Source: Candidatus Latescibacterota bacterium (GTDB lineage: Bacteria > Latescibacterota > UBA2968 > GCA-2709665). Taken from it: a stretch of 64,000 bases of DNA. Positions 19,027 through 29,621 of the stretch are shown here, piece by piece (the first letter of the stretch is position 1; the number at the start of each line of letters is the position of its first letter). Under the pieces are notes generated by a model that saw only the letters and a program-made list of their open reading frames with translations, had not been told where the DNA came from and ran no database searches. Location: the NCBI GenBank assembly GCA_963662665.2, contig CAXXJS010000010.1, positions 224,001-288,000 on the forward strand, in the 5' to 3' direction. Both the position numbers and the translations under genes were made by a program.

Positions 19027-20322
19027 TTACCCGGCGGCGGCGCGTATATTCGAGCGCGTTCCAGGGATGTCGAAACAGGCGTACTGGTTCGCCCGCATGA
19101 TGCGGGTCGCGACGTCGATCGCCTGTTTTTCGGTCATATATCCTTCCGCGATCTCCGCGTCTAGCGCCCGGCGGATTTCATTCCGCGCCTGAATGGAATA
19201 CGCCAGCGCGCCGGTAGGCCACCCGGTGTCGCCCCCGAACGCGAAGAGTTTGTTGGCGGGGACCGCATGCAGGAAGCGGCGCAGAAAGTCCCTCGAGCTG
19301 AACGGGTCGATGCTCCACGCCCAGCATAGGTCCACCCATATGTTCCGATAATGCTTGGCAAGCGCGACCAGTTCGTCGCTATACGGATAGGCGATGTGCA
19401 TCAGGACGAAACGGGCGTCTGGATATCGCGCGAATAGCGCACACATATTCCCGGCGGCGATCCGGCTCACCGGCATGCGGTCGTTCCCCGCGTAGTATCC
19501 CGTGTGGATCTTGAACGGCAGGTTGTGTTCAATCGAGAGTTCCACGCCGCGCGCCCAGCACCAGTCCCCGAGACAGAGTCGCGTCTGCACAGGGACGTCC
19601 TTCTCCGGGTTTGTCAATATTGTTTCGAGCGCGGCGGCGGCCTCCGAACGGTTCCGTTCCGTCCAGTTCAGGGTGCGGCTGTAGGCGTGCTGCGCCTTCA
19701 CCGCAATGGCGCATCCGGCATATTTGGAAAAGAGCGCTTCCATCGCCTGCCCGAGCGCGTCAATCCCGTTAACCTCTATATCTGTCTCCTCGTTTATCTG
19801 TTCCGGGTTGACCTGGCCGTTGCAGAACCCCGCCCAGGACAGGTCGTAAAGGAAAAAATCGAGGCCCGAATCATCGGGCAGACACGCCCACTGGAAATCG
19901 TCCGTCTGAACGTGGTCCAGGTTGGCCACGTCGCAAAGCAGGCGACGTCGTTCACCGGGTTGCCGCAGTGCGTACGTCTTTTCCTGGGCGTCCGCAACGG
20001 CGTCCGCGGTCAGGACGTCGATGCCGTACACATGCCTGGCGATCAACCGAACCGCTTCACCATATCCGGTAAATTGCGTCGCTTCCCAGGCTTCGCGGAT
20101 TCCCTCGAATCGGCCGGAAATGTCCGCGTCCGATCCGTCCATCAGCCGCTTCATGGCGGCAGGTGAGGCGCCGGCCGTGTGAAGGTCGGCCGGTACGTAG
20201 TTTCCAAACAGATCCTGCAGAATATCGGGGCCATCGTTCAGCCAATCCGGTTCCTTGCGCAAATGCTCGTGCGTATCGACCAGGGCGGTCTCCTGAATAT
20301 GATGTTTCAGATCTTCGTACAT
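19027..20322 (-). CDS. Amidohydrolase superfamily protein (Amidohydro_2-like)
   Basis: VDTHEH, KIHTG, FVLMHIAYPY, FGGD metal-ligand motifs. Confidence 0.85.
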   Translation of the reverse strand: MYEDLKHHIQETALVDTHEHLRKEPDWLNDGPDILQDLFGNYVPADLHTAGASPAAMKRLMDGSDADISGRFEGIREAWEATQFTGYGEAVRLIARHVYGIDVLTADAVADAQEKTYALRQPGERRRLLCDVANLDHVQTDDFQWACLPDDSGLDFFLYDLSWAGFCNGQVNPEQINEETDIEVNGIDALGQAMEALFSKYAGCAIAVKAQHAYSRTLNWTERNRSEAAAALETILTNPEKDVPVQTRLCLGDWCWARGVELSIEHNLPFKIHTGYYAGNDRMPVSRIAAGNMCALFARYPDARFVLMHIAYPYSDELVALAKHYRNIWVDLCWAWSIDPFSSRDFLRRFLHAVPANKLFAFGGDTGWPTGALAYSIQARNEIRRALDAEIAEGYMTEKQAIDVATRIMRANQYACFDIPGTRSNIRAAAG

Positions 20323-20365
20323 TCGATCGTCCTCCGGGCCGATTCCGACTGCGGTCTACCGGCTG

Positions 20366-20974
20366 TCAGGTCCCGGTCCAGACCGGGAAGAGGTTGTGCT
20401 CGATTTCCAGCAGATTCAGGATCCGTCCGGCGATAAAATCCGCCAGGTCATCAAAGGTTTCAGGTTTCTGGTAGAACGCGGGCATCGCCGGCAGGATGGC
20501 GGCCCCCGCTTCGGCCGCGGCGGTCATGTTCCGTAGGTGGACCAGGTTCATCGGCGTTTCCCTGGGTACGAGTATTAGGGGCCGGCGTTCCTTGAGCGTG
20601 ACGTCAGCCGCCCTCTCGATCAGGTTTCCGGACGCGCCATGTGCGATATTCGAAAGGTATTTCATCGAGCACGGCACGACGACCATACCGCGCAGGCCCA
20701 CGGACCCGCTCGCGACCGGAGCGGCCATATTGCCAATCTGGTGAACGACCACGTGCCCGTTCGCAATTTCCGCGCCGTACCGATCGGAGAGAAATTCCGG
20801 GAATTCGGATTGTTTTCCCTCGAAACCGCCCTCGTCGCGCAGAAGCATCCAGCCGAATCCGGAGATGATGAGATGGACCTCGAACCCGTTCATCAGCAGC
20901 GCGCGTAGGGTGCGCAGGGCATAGATCGCCCCGCTGGCGCCGGTAATCGCAACCGCAATCCCACTTACCGCCAC
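20366..20974 (-). CDS. ubiX: Flavin prenyltransferase UbiX
   Basis: ITGASGAIY, ASGS, VPCSM, RAADVTLKERR.L.LVPRETP, PAFYQKP. Confidence 0.95.
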   Translation of the reverse strand: MAVSGIAVAITGASGAIYALRTLRALLMNGFEVHLIISGFGWMLLRDEGGFEGKQSEFPEFLSDRYGAEIANGHVVVHQIGNMAAPVASGSVGLRGMVVVPCSMKYLSNIAHGASGNLIERAADVTLKERRPLILVPRETPMNLVHLRNMTAAAEAGAAILPAMPAFYQKPETFDDLADFIAGRILNLLEIEHNLFPVWTGT

Positions 20975-21825
20975 AGCACGTCTCCCAACGTAAATGCGAA
21001 AAAGACGGCGCTGATCGCGGCATTCACGTTCATGAATGCCACGCCCAGTCTTGAAAGGTCATCCGGCTTCACCAGCGAGTGCTCGTACAACATCAGCCCC
21101 GCCACCGCAACCAATCCTGCCGCGTAGATGACGCCCATTTCGAAACGCACACCCACCGCGCACATCAGAAGAAAGGAAACCGCGTGCAAAAACCGCGCGA
21201 TGGCCAGCCCACGGCGCACGCCGAAGCGTTGTGGAATCGAATGGATTCCGTAACCGCGGTCAAACGCCACGTCCTGGCAGGCGTAGATGATATCGAACCC
21301 GGAAACCCACGCCAATACGGCGCCGGCCAGAAGCAGGATCGCCGGATCCGGACTTCCGGTAATTGCAATCCAGGCGCCGATGGGCGCAATCGACAGCGCG
21401 AGTCCGAGAAATATCTGCGTGGTCCACGTAAACCTTTTGGTGTACGAGTAGAAGAATACAACTCCCAGGGCTACCGGCGACAGCGCTAAACACAGGGGGT
21501 TCAGGCGCCAGGCCGCCAGTATAAGCGCCGCAGACGAAACCGCAATCAGCGCGCGCACGGCGCCCGGCGAGATCCGTCCGCGCGGCAACTCGCGCGCAGC
21601 GGTCCTGGGATTCGCCGCGTCCATGTCGCGGTCCACGAGCCGGTTGAACCCCATTGCGGCGCTTCTGGCGCCGACCATCGCCACAGCGATCCAGAATACC
21701 TGGTCCAGGCTTACGTCCACTTCCAGCGCCGCCAGCGCCGCGCCGCTGAACGCAAACGGAAGGGCGAACACGCTGTGCGAAAACTTGATCATTCGCCCGT
21801 AGGTTACAATCCGTTCAACCAGCAT
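20965..21825 (-). CDS. UbiA-like polyprenyltransferase (MqnP-type)
   Basis: IKFSHSVFALPFA, ARSAAMGFNRLVDR.MDAANPRT..RELP, GFDIIYACQD. Confidence 0.92.
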   Translation of the reverse strand: MLVERIVTYGRMIKFSHSVFALPFAFSGAALAALEVDVSLDQVFWIAVAMVGARSAAMGFNRLVDRDMDAANPRTAARELPRGRISPGAVRALIAVSSAALILAAWRLNPLCLALSPVALGVVFFYSYTKRFTWTTQIFLGLALSIAPIGAWIAITGSPDPAILLLAGAVLAWVSGFDIIYACQDVAFDRGYGIHSIPQRFGVRRGLAIARFLHAVSFLLMCAVGVRFEMGVIYAAGLVAVAGLMLYEHSLVKPDDLSRLGVAFMNVNAAISAVFFAFTLGDVLWR

Positions 21826-21896
21826 GACGTGTCGGCCTTAAGCGATACATGGGAAGATCGACTAAGCGTGTACCAGCGCGAAAATCCGTCGGCTTC

Positions 21897-22979
21897 CTAG
21901 CCGGTTCCAAGCGCGGCATCCACGATTTCAGCGATTCGCGTCATGTCGTCGCCGGTAAACTCCACGCCGGCCGCGTTCACGTTGTCTTCCAGATGCCGCA
22001 TTTCGGTGACGCCGGCGATTACGGACGGCACCTGCTCGTTGGCCAGAAGCCAGGCGATGGCGAGTTGGGCCAGGGAAATTCCCTTTGCTTCGGCAACCGC
22101 GAGCAGCCCTTCAACGGCCTCCAGGTAGGGTTCGGTCAAAAACTCGGCTTCGTCACCGTCGTCAATGATCCGTCCGCTGGCTTCCTCCAGTTTCCCCTTG
22201 CGATACCGACCCGTGAGCAGCCCGCTCGCGAGCGGATAAAAGGGAATTACCCCCACGTCCGCCCTGGCCGCCGCATTCAGGAAATCTGCCGCCCTGCCAC
22301 CCTCCTCGCACGCCACTGCATCCTGTTGCACGAGATTGTATCGGTTCTGCACGGCCACAATCCGCCGGGACACGTCCTTGCCAACCTTTTCCAGCGACGC
22401 AACCACGTTGGCCATCTGCGTCGCCGAATGATTGGATACCGCCAGGTACCGCACCTTTCCCTGAGAGACCAGATCGTCGAAAGCGCCCCAGGTTTCCTCA
22501 ATCGGGACCCGGTAGTTTCCGTCGTCATCGGTACCGCTCTGGTGCAGATAGAGCAGATCGACATAATCCGTCTGCAACCGCTCCAGGCACTTGTCCACGC
22601 CAAAGTGGATATACGTCCGCGAGGCGCCTAGTTGATTCGGCGTAAAATCGGCCTCCATGGCGTGCTCTGCACGAACAGGGTTGTGAATCTTGGTCGCCAT
22701 AACCACCTGCTCTCTGACCGACTGCGGCCGAGCGGCGAAGTAACGCCCCAGCAGACGTTCTGAATTACCGGATCCAAGGTTGTAGGAACATGCCGTGTCC
22801 CAGTGAAAGACCCCCAGTTCCAGCGCACGGTCCAGGACCTCAAACCCCTCGTGGTCTCCTATGCGGGAGCCGTCGTACACGGGGTCGCCCCATTTCCACA
22901 TGCCCAGCCCGACAACGGATACGAACAGACCGGAGTTCCCCACGCGCCTGCACGGCATGCCTCTGAATTCCTCTGCCAT
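21897..22979 (-). CDS. Aldo/keto reductase
   Basis: GNSGLFVS.VGLG, DTACSY..G.SE, LERLQTDYVDLLYLH, PLASGLLTG. Confidence 0.92.
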   Translation of the reverse strand: MAEEFRGMPCRRVGNSGLFVSVVGLGMWKWGDPVYDGSRIGDHEGFEVLDRALELGVFHWDTACSYNLGSGNSERLLGRYFAARPQSVREQVVMATKIHNPVRAEHAMEADFTPNQLGASRTYIHFGVDKCLERLQTDYVDLLYLHQSGTDDDGNYRVPIEETWGAFDDLVSQGKVRYLAVSNHSATQMANVVASLEKVGKDVSRRIVAVQNRYNLVQQDAVACEEGGRAADFLNAAARADVGVIPFYPLASGLLTGRYRKGKLEEASGRIIDDGDEAEFLTEPYLEAVEGLLAVAEAKGISLAQLAIAWLLANEQVPSVIAGVTEMRHLEDNVNAAGVEFTGDDMTRIAEIVDAALGTG

Positions 22980-23129
22980 CTTTCCAAACCTCCATTGGTT
23001 GAAATTCTCACCAAACACACATCGAGCGCTATTTTAAACCTATATCGGCCGGATCACGGACCCTGTAATCGGGCGCCCTATCGTCGGTACGCCGGCCGAC
23101 CCGCCCCGGGCCGGACGGCGACGAAGTAA

Positions 23130-23322
23130 ACCTTGATACGTAATTCTTCGGGGAAGTAATACCGAATATATGTAAGTGGATAAAGGCGATTTAACTTCTG
23201 ATTACCAGGATACACCAGGTCACTGGACGTGAACTGAAAGAATGTCCTTTTTGCCGACCGTTACGCCCCGTTTCAGGGGTTTTCGTCGCGTCGCCGAGTT
23301 GCTGTTTTTTTCGGATTGGGGT
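23130..23322 (-). mobile_element. MITE family 1, copy B (193 bp)
   Basis: Reverse-complement homologue of copies A and C; ends ACCTTGATACGTAA...TTCGGATTGGGGT; flanked by TAA on both sides. Confidence 0.9.
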
Positions 23323-23339
23323 TAATCCCGGTTTCTGAA

Positions 23340-26156
23340 TCAGACGGACCGGATGCGTGGATGCTGATTATGCCATTCCGTTGCTTGTTCGTACGCCAGA
23401 CCGGCGGCCAGAACCGTCGCTTCGTCGTAGAGGTTGCCAATCAGCGTCAGTCCCCGGGGCATCCCGTCCATGAAACCGCACTTTAGCGTCAGGGCCGGAT
23501 GTCCGGTGAGATTGGAAATGGCCAGACTCGCCCCGGCATTGCCGGGCGCCAGCAGCACGTCCCAATTCGCCATCAGTTCCTCCATGTCGCGAATCATGAG
23601 GGAACGCACCTGCTGCGCGCGCAGATATTCTACGGCGGGCACCATCCGAAAGCTGCGTAAAACCGTCGGCCAGGAACTGCTGTCCGCATCGGTCATGGCA
23701 TCCAGTTCGCCCGCCCGCGTCGCACTGTCGAACGCAGCCGCCGCTTCCACGCAAAGCATCATCGAGACCGCGCCGTGAGGAGTTTCGGGAAGCGTGACCG
23801 GCTCTGCCTTCAGTCCGAGATCCGCGAACCTCCTGAACGAGGCTTCGTATACCGCCCGTTCCCCAACATCCTGGATGGCATCGAATTCCGGCTGAACGAA
23901 GCCGATTCGCAATGCGGATACATCCGGGGCTGCGGGCCAGTTAAACGGCACGTCCACCACGGACCGGTCTCTCCCGTCCGGTCCGTGGATGGCGCTGAAC
24001 ACGGCCGCGCAATCTTCAACGCCACGGCACATCGGACCCAGTTTGTCCATGGTCCAGGCAAGCGCCATCGCGCCGTATCGGCTCACGCGGCCGTAGGTGG
24101 GCCGCAGCCCCGTTACCCCGCAGGTGTGGCTCGGCGAGACGATGGACCCCAGAGTCTCCGAGCCGATGCTGAAGCCGACAAGACCGGCGGCGGTTGCGGC
24201 GCCCGGCCCGGCCGAAGACCCGCTCGAGCCTGTTTCGATATTCCAGGGGTTCCGGGTCATTCCGCCAAACCAGTGCGGTCCGTTTGCGAGCGCTCCGGTT
24301 GAGAGCTTGGCCGCCAGCACAGCGCCCGCGTCCCGAAGCCGTTCCACAACGGCGGCGTCGGTCTCGCCGGTTTGATCCTTGAACGGGGTGGCGCCCCACG
24401 TGGTCCGGATTCCCTTTGTGGCCAGCAGGTCCTTGGCGCCCCATGGGATTCCGTGCACCGGCCCCCGGTAACGCCCGGCCATGATCTCCGCCTCTGCGGC
24501 CTTCGCCTGCGCAAGGGCCAATTCTTCCGTGAGCGTAACAACGCATTTCAACTTGCCGCCGATAGCATCCAAACGGTCCAGGTAGAGCCGGGTGAGTTCC
24601 ACGGGAGACACCTCGCGGGTTTCCACCAGGCGGGCAAGCGTGCTCACCGGCTGAAAGGCCAGGCCGTCTTCGGATTCCGGTCGCTCGACCCTGGAGGCGG
24701 CAAACCGGAACGCGCTCTGTTCTCCGGACGGCGGCGGCTTCACGCCGGGCAGAAATATCGACGCCGGACTCGCGTCGTATCCCACGTCGACCTTACGAAG
24801 TTCCCGGTAACGGAGCCGATATTGCTCCACGTCCCGCCGCATTTTCCCGCGATGTTCCCCGGTAAAGCGGATCCCGCTCAGCTGCTCCGAGCCCGCGATC
24901 ATGGCATCTACGACAGCCGCCTCGGCCTCCGCGATTCCGGTCAGCGATACGTGTCGAATTTCCGTATCGAGATCCGGGCTGCATCCCTCGCCGATGTGTC
25001 CATGCGTGTAGACCAGGTCGGGTACGTCCACACTGTTGTGTCCGGTCTGCCGTTCGAGGGCGGGCAGCCAGTTGGATACGTCCGGCTCGTTGGACGATAT
25101 GCGGTAGCCGTTGAAGGTCTCCCCGCCGTCGCGGGATGTAAACAGCGCGATCTCGTTGCTGGAATCCGCCCAGCCGCCGCCTCGCCGGCAGACCGGGACC
25201 GCCGCGTAGATCACCCCGTCGTCCGCGATGCTGAGTGCACAGACGTCCGACATTTCACATTCGCCGAACAGGCGTTCGGCCTGAGGCATCAACGATACCA
25301 CATGCCAATCGTTCTTCCCTCTGGAATAGAAAAACGTCTCCGCCACACCGCCTTCGCGTCGGTTCAGCGTAAAGCAGAGCGATCCTTTGCCGCCGGTCAC
25401 GACGTTGCCCATCCGTACGTCCAGCCCTTCGTCGAACTCGATGACGCAGGGCGAGGTCGGAGTTGCGGGGAGGTCCAGCGTGCGTCCGTCAACGTTCTCC
25501 CAGTTCCCGCCCCGGTCGCGGGAACGCATCACGCCGAACCCTCTACCCCGCGTGTCGCCGTGATCCGCTCCGGTTGCCCGCACGATATGATAGGCCAGGT
25601 ACAGCGTTCCGCGCCTGTCGATGTGAAGCGCGTTTTCGAATTGGGTATACGCGGGCGGTCCCTCGGGGTCCACGAGCTTGACCGGGTCCGTCCATTCGCC
25701 GCCCCTGGTTCTTTTCTGATACACCAGCGACCAGGGCCGTTCCGCCGCGTACGACCCGCGGTAACAGGCGTGCAACGTATCGTTTTCGTCACAGACCAGG
25801 CTCGGATAGGTTGCTGTCGCGCCTCCGAACGAGGGTTGTTCCACCCACGACGTCGAGGTATTGGGGCGTCTGCTCACCACGTGCCGGATCGGGTTGTGAT
25901 GCGGGCCGAATGCCAGATGCAGGTATCCCTTTGAATCCATCGCAAAGGCCGCGCCGGCGTGGTTGTCGTCTCCGGTCCCCACGTAGACCGGCCTGCCCCA
26001 GCGCCTGGTCGCGTGATGGTAGGTCCGTACGTAGATCTTGCAGATCTGGTCCAGCCAGGCCACGTGAGTCTTGCCGGCGTGGGTCAGAATCTTGTTGCTC
26101 ATCGTGTACGCGGTTCCCCGCGTTGAACCCGTTATGGAAAGTACCTTGTGTTTCAT
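23340..26156 (-). CDS. Fusion of a BNR/Asp-box beta-propeller and an amidase-signature (GatA-like) amidase
   Basis: N-half DNH...DSKGYLHL.FG.H, ATYP, SRDRGGNW, SRDGGETF; C-half GIPWGAKDL, GSSGSSAG, GSETLGSI, GLRPTYGRVSR. Confidence 0.88.
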   Translation of the reverse strand: MKHKVLSITGSTRGTAYTMSNKILTHAGKTHVAWLDQICKIYVRTYHHATRRWGRPVYVGTGDDNHAGAAFAMDSKGYLHLAFGPHHNPIRHVVSRRPNTSTSWVEQPSFGGATATYPSLVCDENDTLHACYRGSYAAERPWSLVYQKRTRGGEWTDPVKLVDPEGPPAYTQFENALHIDRRGTLYLAYHIVRATGADHGDTRGRGFGVMRSRDRGGNWENVDGRTLDLPATPTSPCVIEFDEGLDVRMGNVVTGGKGSLCFTLNRREGGVAETFFYSRGKNDWHVVSLMPQAERLFGECEMSDVCALSIADDGVIYAAVPVCRRGGGWADSSNEIALFTSRDGGETFNGYRISSNEPDVSNWLPALERQTGHNSVDVPDLVYTHGHIGEGCSPDLDTEIRHVSLTGIAEAEAAVVDAMIAGSEQLSGIRFTGEHRGKMRRDVEQYRLRYRELRKVDVGYDASPASIFLPGVKPPPSGEQSAFRFAASRVERPESEDGLAFQPVSTLARLVETREVSPVELTRLYLDRLDAIGGKLKCVVTLTEELALAQAKAAEAEIMAGRYRGPVHGIPWGAKDLLATKGIRTTWGATPFKDQTGETDAAVVERLRDAGAVLAAKLSTGALANGPHWFGGMTRNPWNIETGSSGSSAGPGAATAAGLVGFSIGSETLGSIVSPSHTCGVTGLRPTYGRVSRYGAMALAWTMDKLGPMCRGVEDCAAVFSAIHGPDGRDRSVVDVPFNWPAAPDVSALRIGFVQPEFDAIQDVGERAVYEASFRRFADLGLKAEPVTLPETPHGAVSMMLCVEAAAAFDSATRAGELDAMTDADSSSWPTVLRSFRMVPAVEYLRAQQVRSLMIRDMEELMANWDVLLAPGNAGASLAISNLTGHPALTLKCGFMDGMPRGLTLIGNLYDEATVLAAGLAYEQATEWHNQHPRIRSV

Positions 26157-26196
26157 CGTTGATTACCGTCTTGCGGTGACGCGGCAATAACGTGGT

Positions 26197-26898
26197 TCAC
26201 GCATCCGCCTCGATTCTTGCCACCCATCCCGACGTCGCGTCGCAATAGAGGAATCCATCTCCGTTGCGGGAAAGTCCGTGCGGTTCGGGGTACCGGTCCG
26301 GAACCCGGATTCGATCCAACTCGTTTCCGGACTGCACGTCAAGTTTCACGATCGTCCGGTCCGAGGTGTGGACAACCCACACGCCGTCTTCGACTCGTAC
26401 TACGCCGTGCGCCCTTCCGTATGGAAGGGGAATCACCCGCAGAACGGACCAGTCCGAAATACGTACCTGGGTCAACGTCTGGCTCTTCAACGTGGTCAGC
26501 CACAAGGTCCCGGATTCAAAGGAATCGTATTCCAGCCCGTGGGTTCCACCGCCGCCGGGCAGCGGCCACCGCCCACGGGTTTCCCCGGTCCCTGGATCCA
26601 CCCGTAGGATCTCGCCGGAATCAGCGTCGGTGTCTCGGGGCGTTCGCCACTTCTCCGCCGACCCGTTTGCCGCCAGCCAGAGCGATCCGCCGCCCCACGC
26701 CAGCCCGCTCGTGTTCGACGAAACGGTGGGCACTTCGGATCTCAGGCGTAACATCCCGTACTCGTCCGCATCCGAGACCTCCAACAACGCGACGCGGTCC
26801 GTCACCTGGTCGACCACCCGGATACCGTCGTGGGTTGCCTGTACGCCGTTCGGCATCGCATAGGGTGCCCTGAACCAACGTTCGATTTTCACGGTCAT
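26197..26898 (-). CDS. Beta-propeller protein (glutaminyl-cyclase/SMP-30-like fold, function unknown)
   Basis: Repeats PNGVQ / TSGLAW.GG.LW / THGLEY / AHGVV / PHGLS. Confidence 0.65.
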   Translation of the reverse strand: MTVKIERWFRAPYAMPNGVQATHDGIRVVDQVTDRVALLEVSDADEYGMLRLRSEVPTVSSNTSGLAWGGGSLWLAANGSAEKWRTPRDTDADSGEILRVDPGTGETRGRWPLPGGGGTHGLEYDSFESGTLWLTTLKSQTLTQVRISDWSVLRVIPLPYGRAHGVVRVEDGVWVVHTSDRTIVKLDVQSGNELDRIRVPDRYPEPHGLSRNGDGFLYCDATSGWVARIEADA

Positions 26899-26976
26899 CG
26901 GCGATAACTTTCGATAGTGCGCCGGAGCGCAGTCCCGTCGGGAGGATCGATAGTTGCAGCGGGCGGCGACGGTCCT

Positions 26977-28074
26977 TCAGGCGACCTGCCGGCCCGCGGT
27001 TTCGAACAGCCGGTATTCCTGCCACGCGTGCTCGCAGCATGGTCCTCTGGCAAACCACGCCCACCCGTGCGACGGTTGAAGCACGATGCCGCAAATCGTC
27101 TGCCCGCATCCGTTTACGCTATGCCTGCAAATCGAAACCGGGGTGTTCACGTGGTCCCTCAACGCCGACTTGATCGTCTCCGCATCAGGGTCCGCGGATC
27201 TTCTCAAGAGCCGCGTCGCCCGGCCCCAGCGGGCAAGACTCTGTCCGCGCTGATCGTCAGCCCGCCGCTCCAGCGGTTTCAGACGGTCGGCCAGATAGTG
27301 GTTCGAGTGCGCCATCGGTCCGTCGAACGGGCTGGTGGCTTCGTAGTCCGCGGCCGTGGTTTCCAGGTTGTAGATTTCCCCGTGACGGTCGCACAGAACA
27401 TAATTCATGCCGGATGCCCGGCGAGAGGCGACCGCGGCGTCGATGGCGTCTCCGATCTGAGTCGTGGCGAGAATCCGCCGGATCACGAATGGGTAGGGAA
27501 CGCCGGGTCCGGCGTCACCGGGGACGAGGTTATTGATGACCACGCCGATGCCTTCGCTGTTCATGCCCGCGCAGCCCAGCATTCCCGCCGTCGTGTACAT
27601 GAGCGCGTCCGGTCCCGCACCGGTGATTTTCAGCAGTACCGCCGCAGGCTGGAAGATCTCCACCAGGTCGTAATTCTGGCCGATTGCAGCCCTCGCGCCG
27701 CCTTCCATGTCGGGGACCATAAACGTCGTACAGCCCGCCCCGATAAAGTTCGGAGAGAGATAGTCGAAGATGTCCAGGAAGCCGTTGAGCGCTATGATCT
27801 CCTCAATCGGCACACCGGCGCCTGTTGCGATTCCTCTTGCCTCTTCCATCAGGTCCGCGGCGTATGCTGCTGCGGGCTCTGCGTAGGTCCCCGAGATTTC
27901 AAGGACCCGTGTCTTGCTCAAAACCGGCACCCGGTGGTCGCGGCTGAGCCGTTCCAGGTGGTCAAAATAGACCGGAAGCAGCGCACGAATCTCCTCACGA
28001 AAGACCTCGCCGTGCGCCTGCCCGCGACTAAAGGGCGATCCCGAAACCTCAAGGAGCGGAAATCCGTCGTTCAT
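26977..28074 (-). CDS. C45 family Ntn-hydrolase (acyl-CoA:6-APA acyltransferase-like)
   Basis: RGQAHG, G|CTT autoprocessing site, GQNYD, GMNSEGI...N.L, HSNHY. Confidence 0.88.
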   Translation of the reverse strand: MNDGFPLLEVSGSPFSRGQAHGEVFREEIRALLPVYFDHLERLSRDHRVPVLSKTRVLEISGTYAEPAAAYAADLMEEARGIATGAGVPIEEIIALNGFLDIFDYLSPNFIGAGCTTFMVPDMEGGARAAIGQNYDLVEIFQPAAVLLKITGAGPDALMYTTAGMLGCAGMNSEGIGVVINNLVPGDAGPGVPYPFVIRRILATTQIGDAIDAAVASRRASGMNYVLCDRHGEIYNLETTAADYEATSPFDGPMAHSNHYLADRLKPLERRADDQRGQSLARWGRATRLLRRSADPDAETIKSALRDHVNTPVSICRHSVNGCGQTICGIVLQPSHGWAWFARGPCCEHAWQEYRLFETAGRQVA

Positions 28075-28125
28075 GGGGCAATCTCCTTCAACGTGAGTAC
28101 GGCGGCAAGCGCATCCGGAATTGGT

Positions 28126-29541
28126 TTACGACTCGCCACCGTCTGTTTCTTCGTGTTCCCCGGCGTCCCTCGCCTGCAGTTTCCTGGCCGTCTTCGGCGA
28201 CCCGATATAGAGTGAGTCATACGCCGCTTTCGAACTTGGAAAGGGGCCCTCGTGTCGGGTGCCGTGCCACTGCAGATTGGTGAACATCGGATTGGTCAGG
28301 CCCGTTTCTCTTTCTCGTCTTTCAATCCAGGCCTCCATGCGGTGTCGCAGCATCCGAACGACCCCGGATTCCGCTTCCGCAAGATTCACGTTCTCGTCCG
28401 GGTCTTCCACCAGGTTGTACAGCTCTACCTCGGGCTTCCCGTGGAAATCGGGCTCGAGCGCCGCGATCAGCTTCCACTCGGGCGTGCGCCACCCGTGCTT
28501 GCGCATCCAGGTGGCCTCCGTGATATAGAATTCAGACCGGTTCGACGCCCGCTGTCCACGAATCAGCGGCAAAAGGTTATCCCCGTCAAATTCGATGTTT
28601 GTGCCAACATCCAGAAGCTCCAATAGGGTCGGCACGAGATCGGGGTGACTCGTATGGCCGTTCACGCGCAACCCTTCCGGCAGCACGCCCGGTAGACGCA
28701 GAATCAGCGGTACATGCAGGGTGCAGTCGTACATTCCGTGATGATCGAAATAACAATCGTGATCGGCCAGCGTTTCGCCGTGGTCTCCGTTGTATACGAC
28801 GAGCGTCTCTTCTGCCAGTCCCAGTTCCTCCAGGCGGGTAAGGATCCGCTGGATACAGGCATCCATATACGCGACTTCGCCGTCGTACTGCGCGATCACG
28901 TAGTCCGCGTCGGTGATGCCGGGCGGCATCCAGCTGAGATGAAAGTCCCGAAACGGCTTGAAATTCCGCACGGGCTCCATCGACGTTTTGGCCGGATCGC
29001 ACGGATCGCCACTGTAAAACATCGTATCGTACGGCGGAGGCGGCAGGTAAGGCGCGTGAGGGTCCATATGCCGCAAAAACAGGAAGAAGGGCCGGTCGGC
29101 CGCCGCGAGCCGATCCAGTTCCGGAATCGTGACGTCGTTCAGCCACTCGGCCTTGCGAAGGGGTCGTTGCTCCCACGACCCCCATGCCTCGTAGTTGAGG
29201 TACCTGTCGAACCCCCGCGAACCGGGGTTGCCAGTGAAACCGACGCAAGTCGTATCGTATCCGGCGTCGCGAAGAATCTCGGGAAGACTCGTCACCTCGG
29301 GCCTTAAACCGCCCTGGTGGCGCAGCGCCACGACTTGCGTGGAAAAACAGTCCATGCCGGTCAGCATTGACGCATAGGCAGAGGTGGTCGGAATGTGCGG
29401 GCTGTAGTTCTTCTCGAACAACACCCCCTGCGTGGCCAGCCGGTCCGCGTAGGGCGTCGTCAGCCGTTCGTACCCGTAGCAGCTCATGTGGTCGGCCCAG
29501 AGGCTGTCCACACCGAGAAACAACAAATTCCGTTTTGACAT
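28126..29541 (-). CDS. Sulfatase-like alkaline phosphatase superfamily hydrolase with Thr at the nucleophile position
   Basis: VDSL.ADH, TTSAYASMLTG, DPHAPY, GDHGE, VPLI. Confidence 0.85.
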   Translation of the reverse strand: MSKRNLLFLGVDSLWADHMSCYGYERLTTPYADRLATQGVLFEKNYSPHIPTTSAYASMLTGMDCFSTQVVALRHQGGLRPEVTSLPEILRDAGYDTTCVGFTGNPGSRGFDRYLNYEAWGSWEQRPLRKAEWLNDVTIPELDRLAAADRPFFLFLRHMDPHAPYLPPPPYDTMFYSGDPCDPAKTSMEPVRNFKPFRDFHLSWMPPGITDADYVIAQYDGEVAYMDACIQRILTRLEELGLAEETLVVYNGDHGETLADHDCYFDHHGMYDCTLHVPLILRLPGVLPEGLRVNGHTSHPDLVPTLLELLDVGTNIEFDGDNLLPLIRGQRASNRSEFYITEATWMRKHGWRTPEWKLIAALEPDFHGKPEVELYNLVEDPDENVNLAEAESGVVRMLRHRMEAWIERRERETGLTNPMFTNLQWHGTRHEGPFPSSKAAYDSLYIGSPKTARKLQARDAGEHEETDGGES

Positions 29542-29621
29542 GGTCTATAGACCCTTTTCGTTCGGCGATGAAGCGGCGATACGGAGCCGGAAAACAACGG
29601 ACCCCGACGCCCGTTTCGGAA

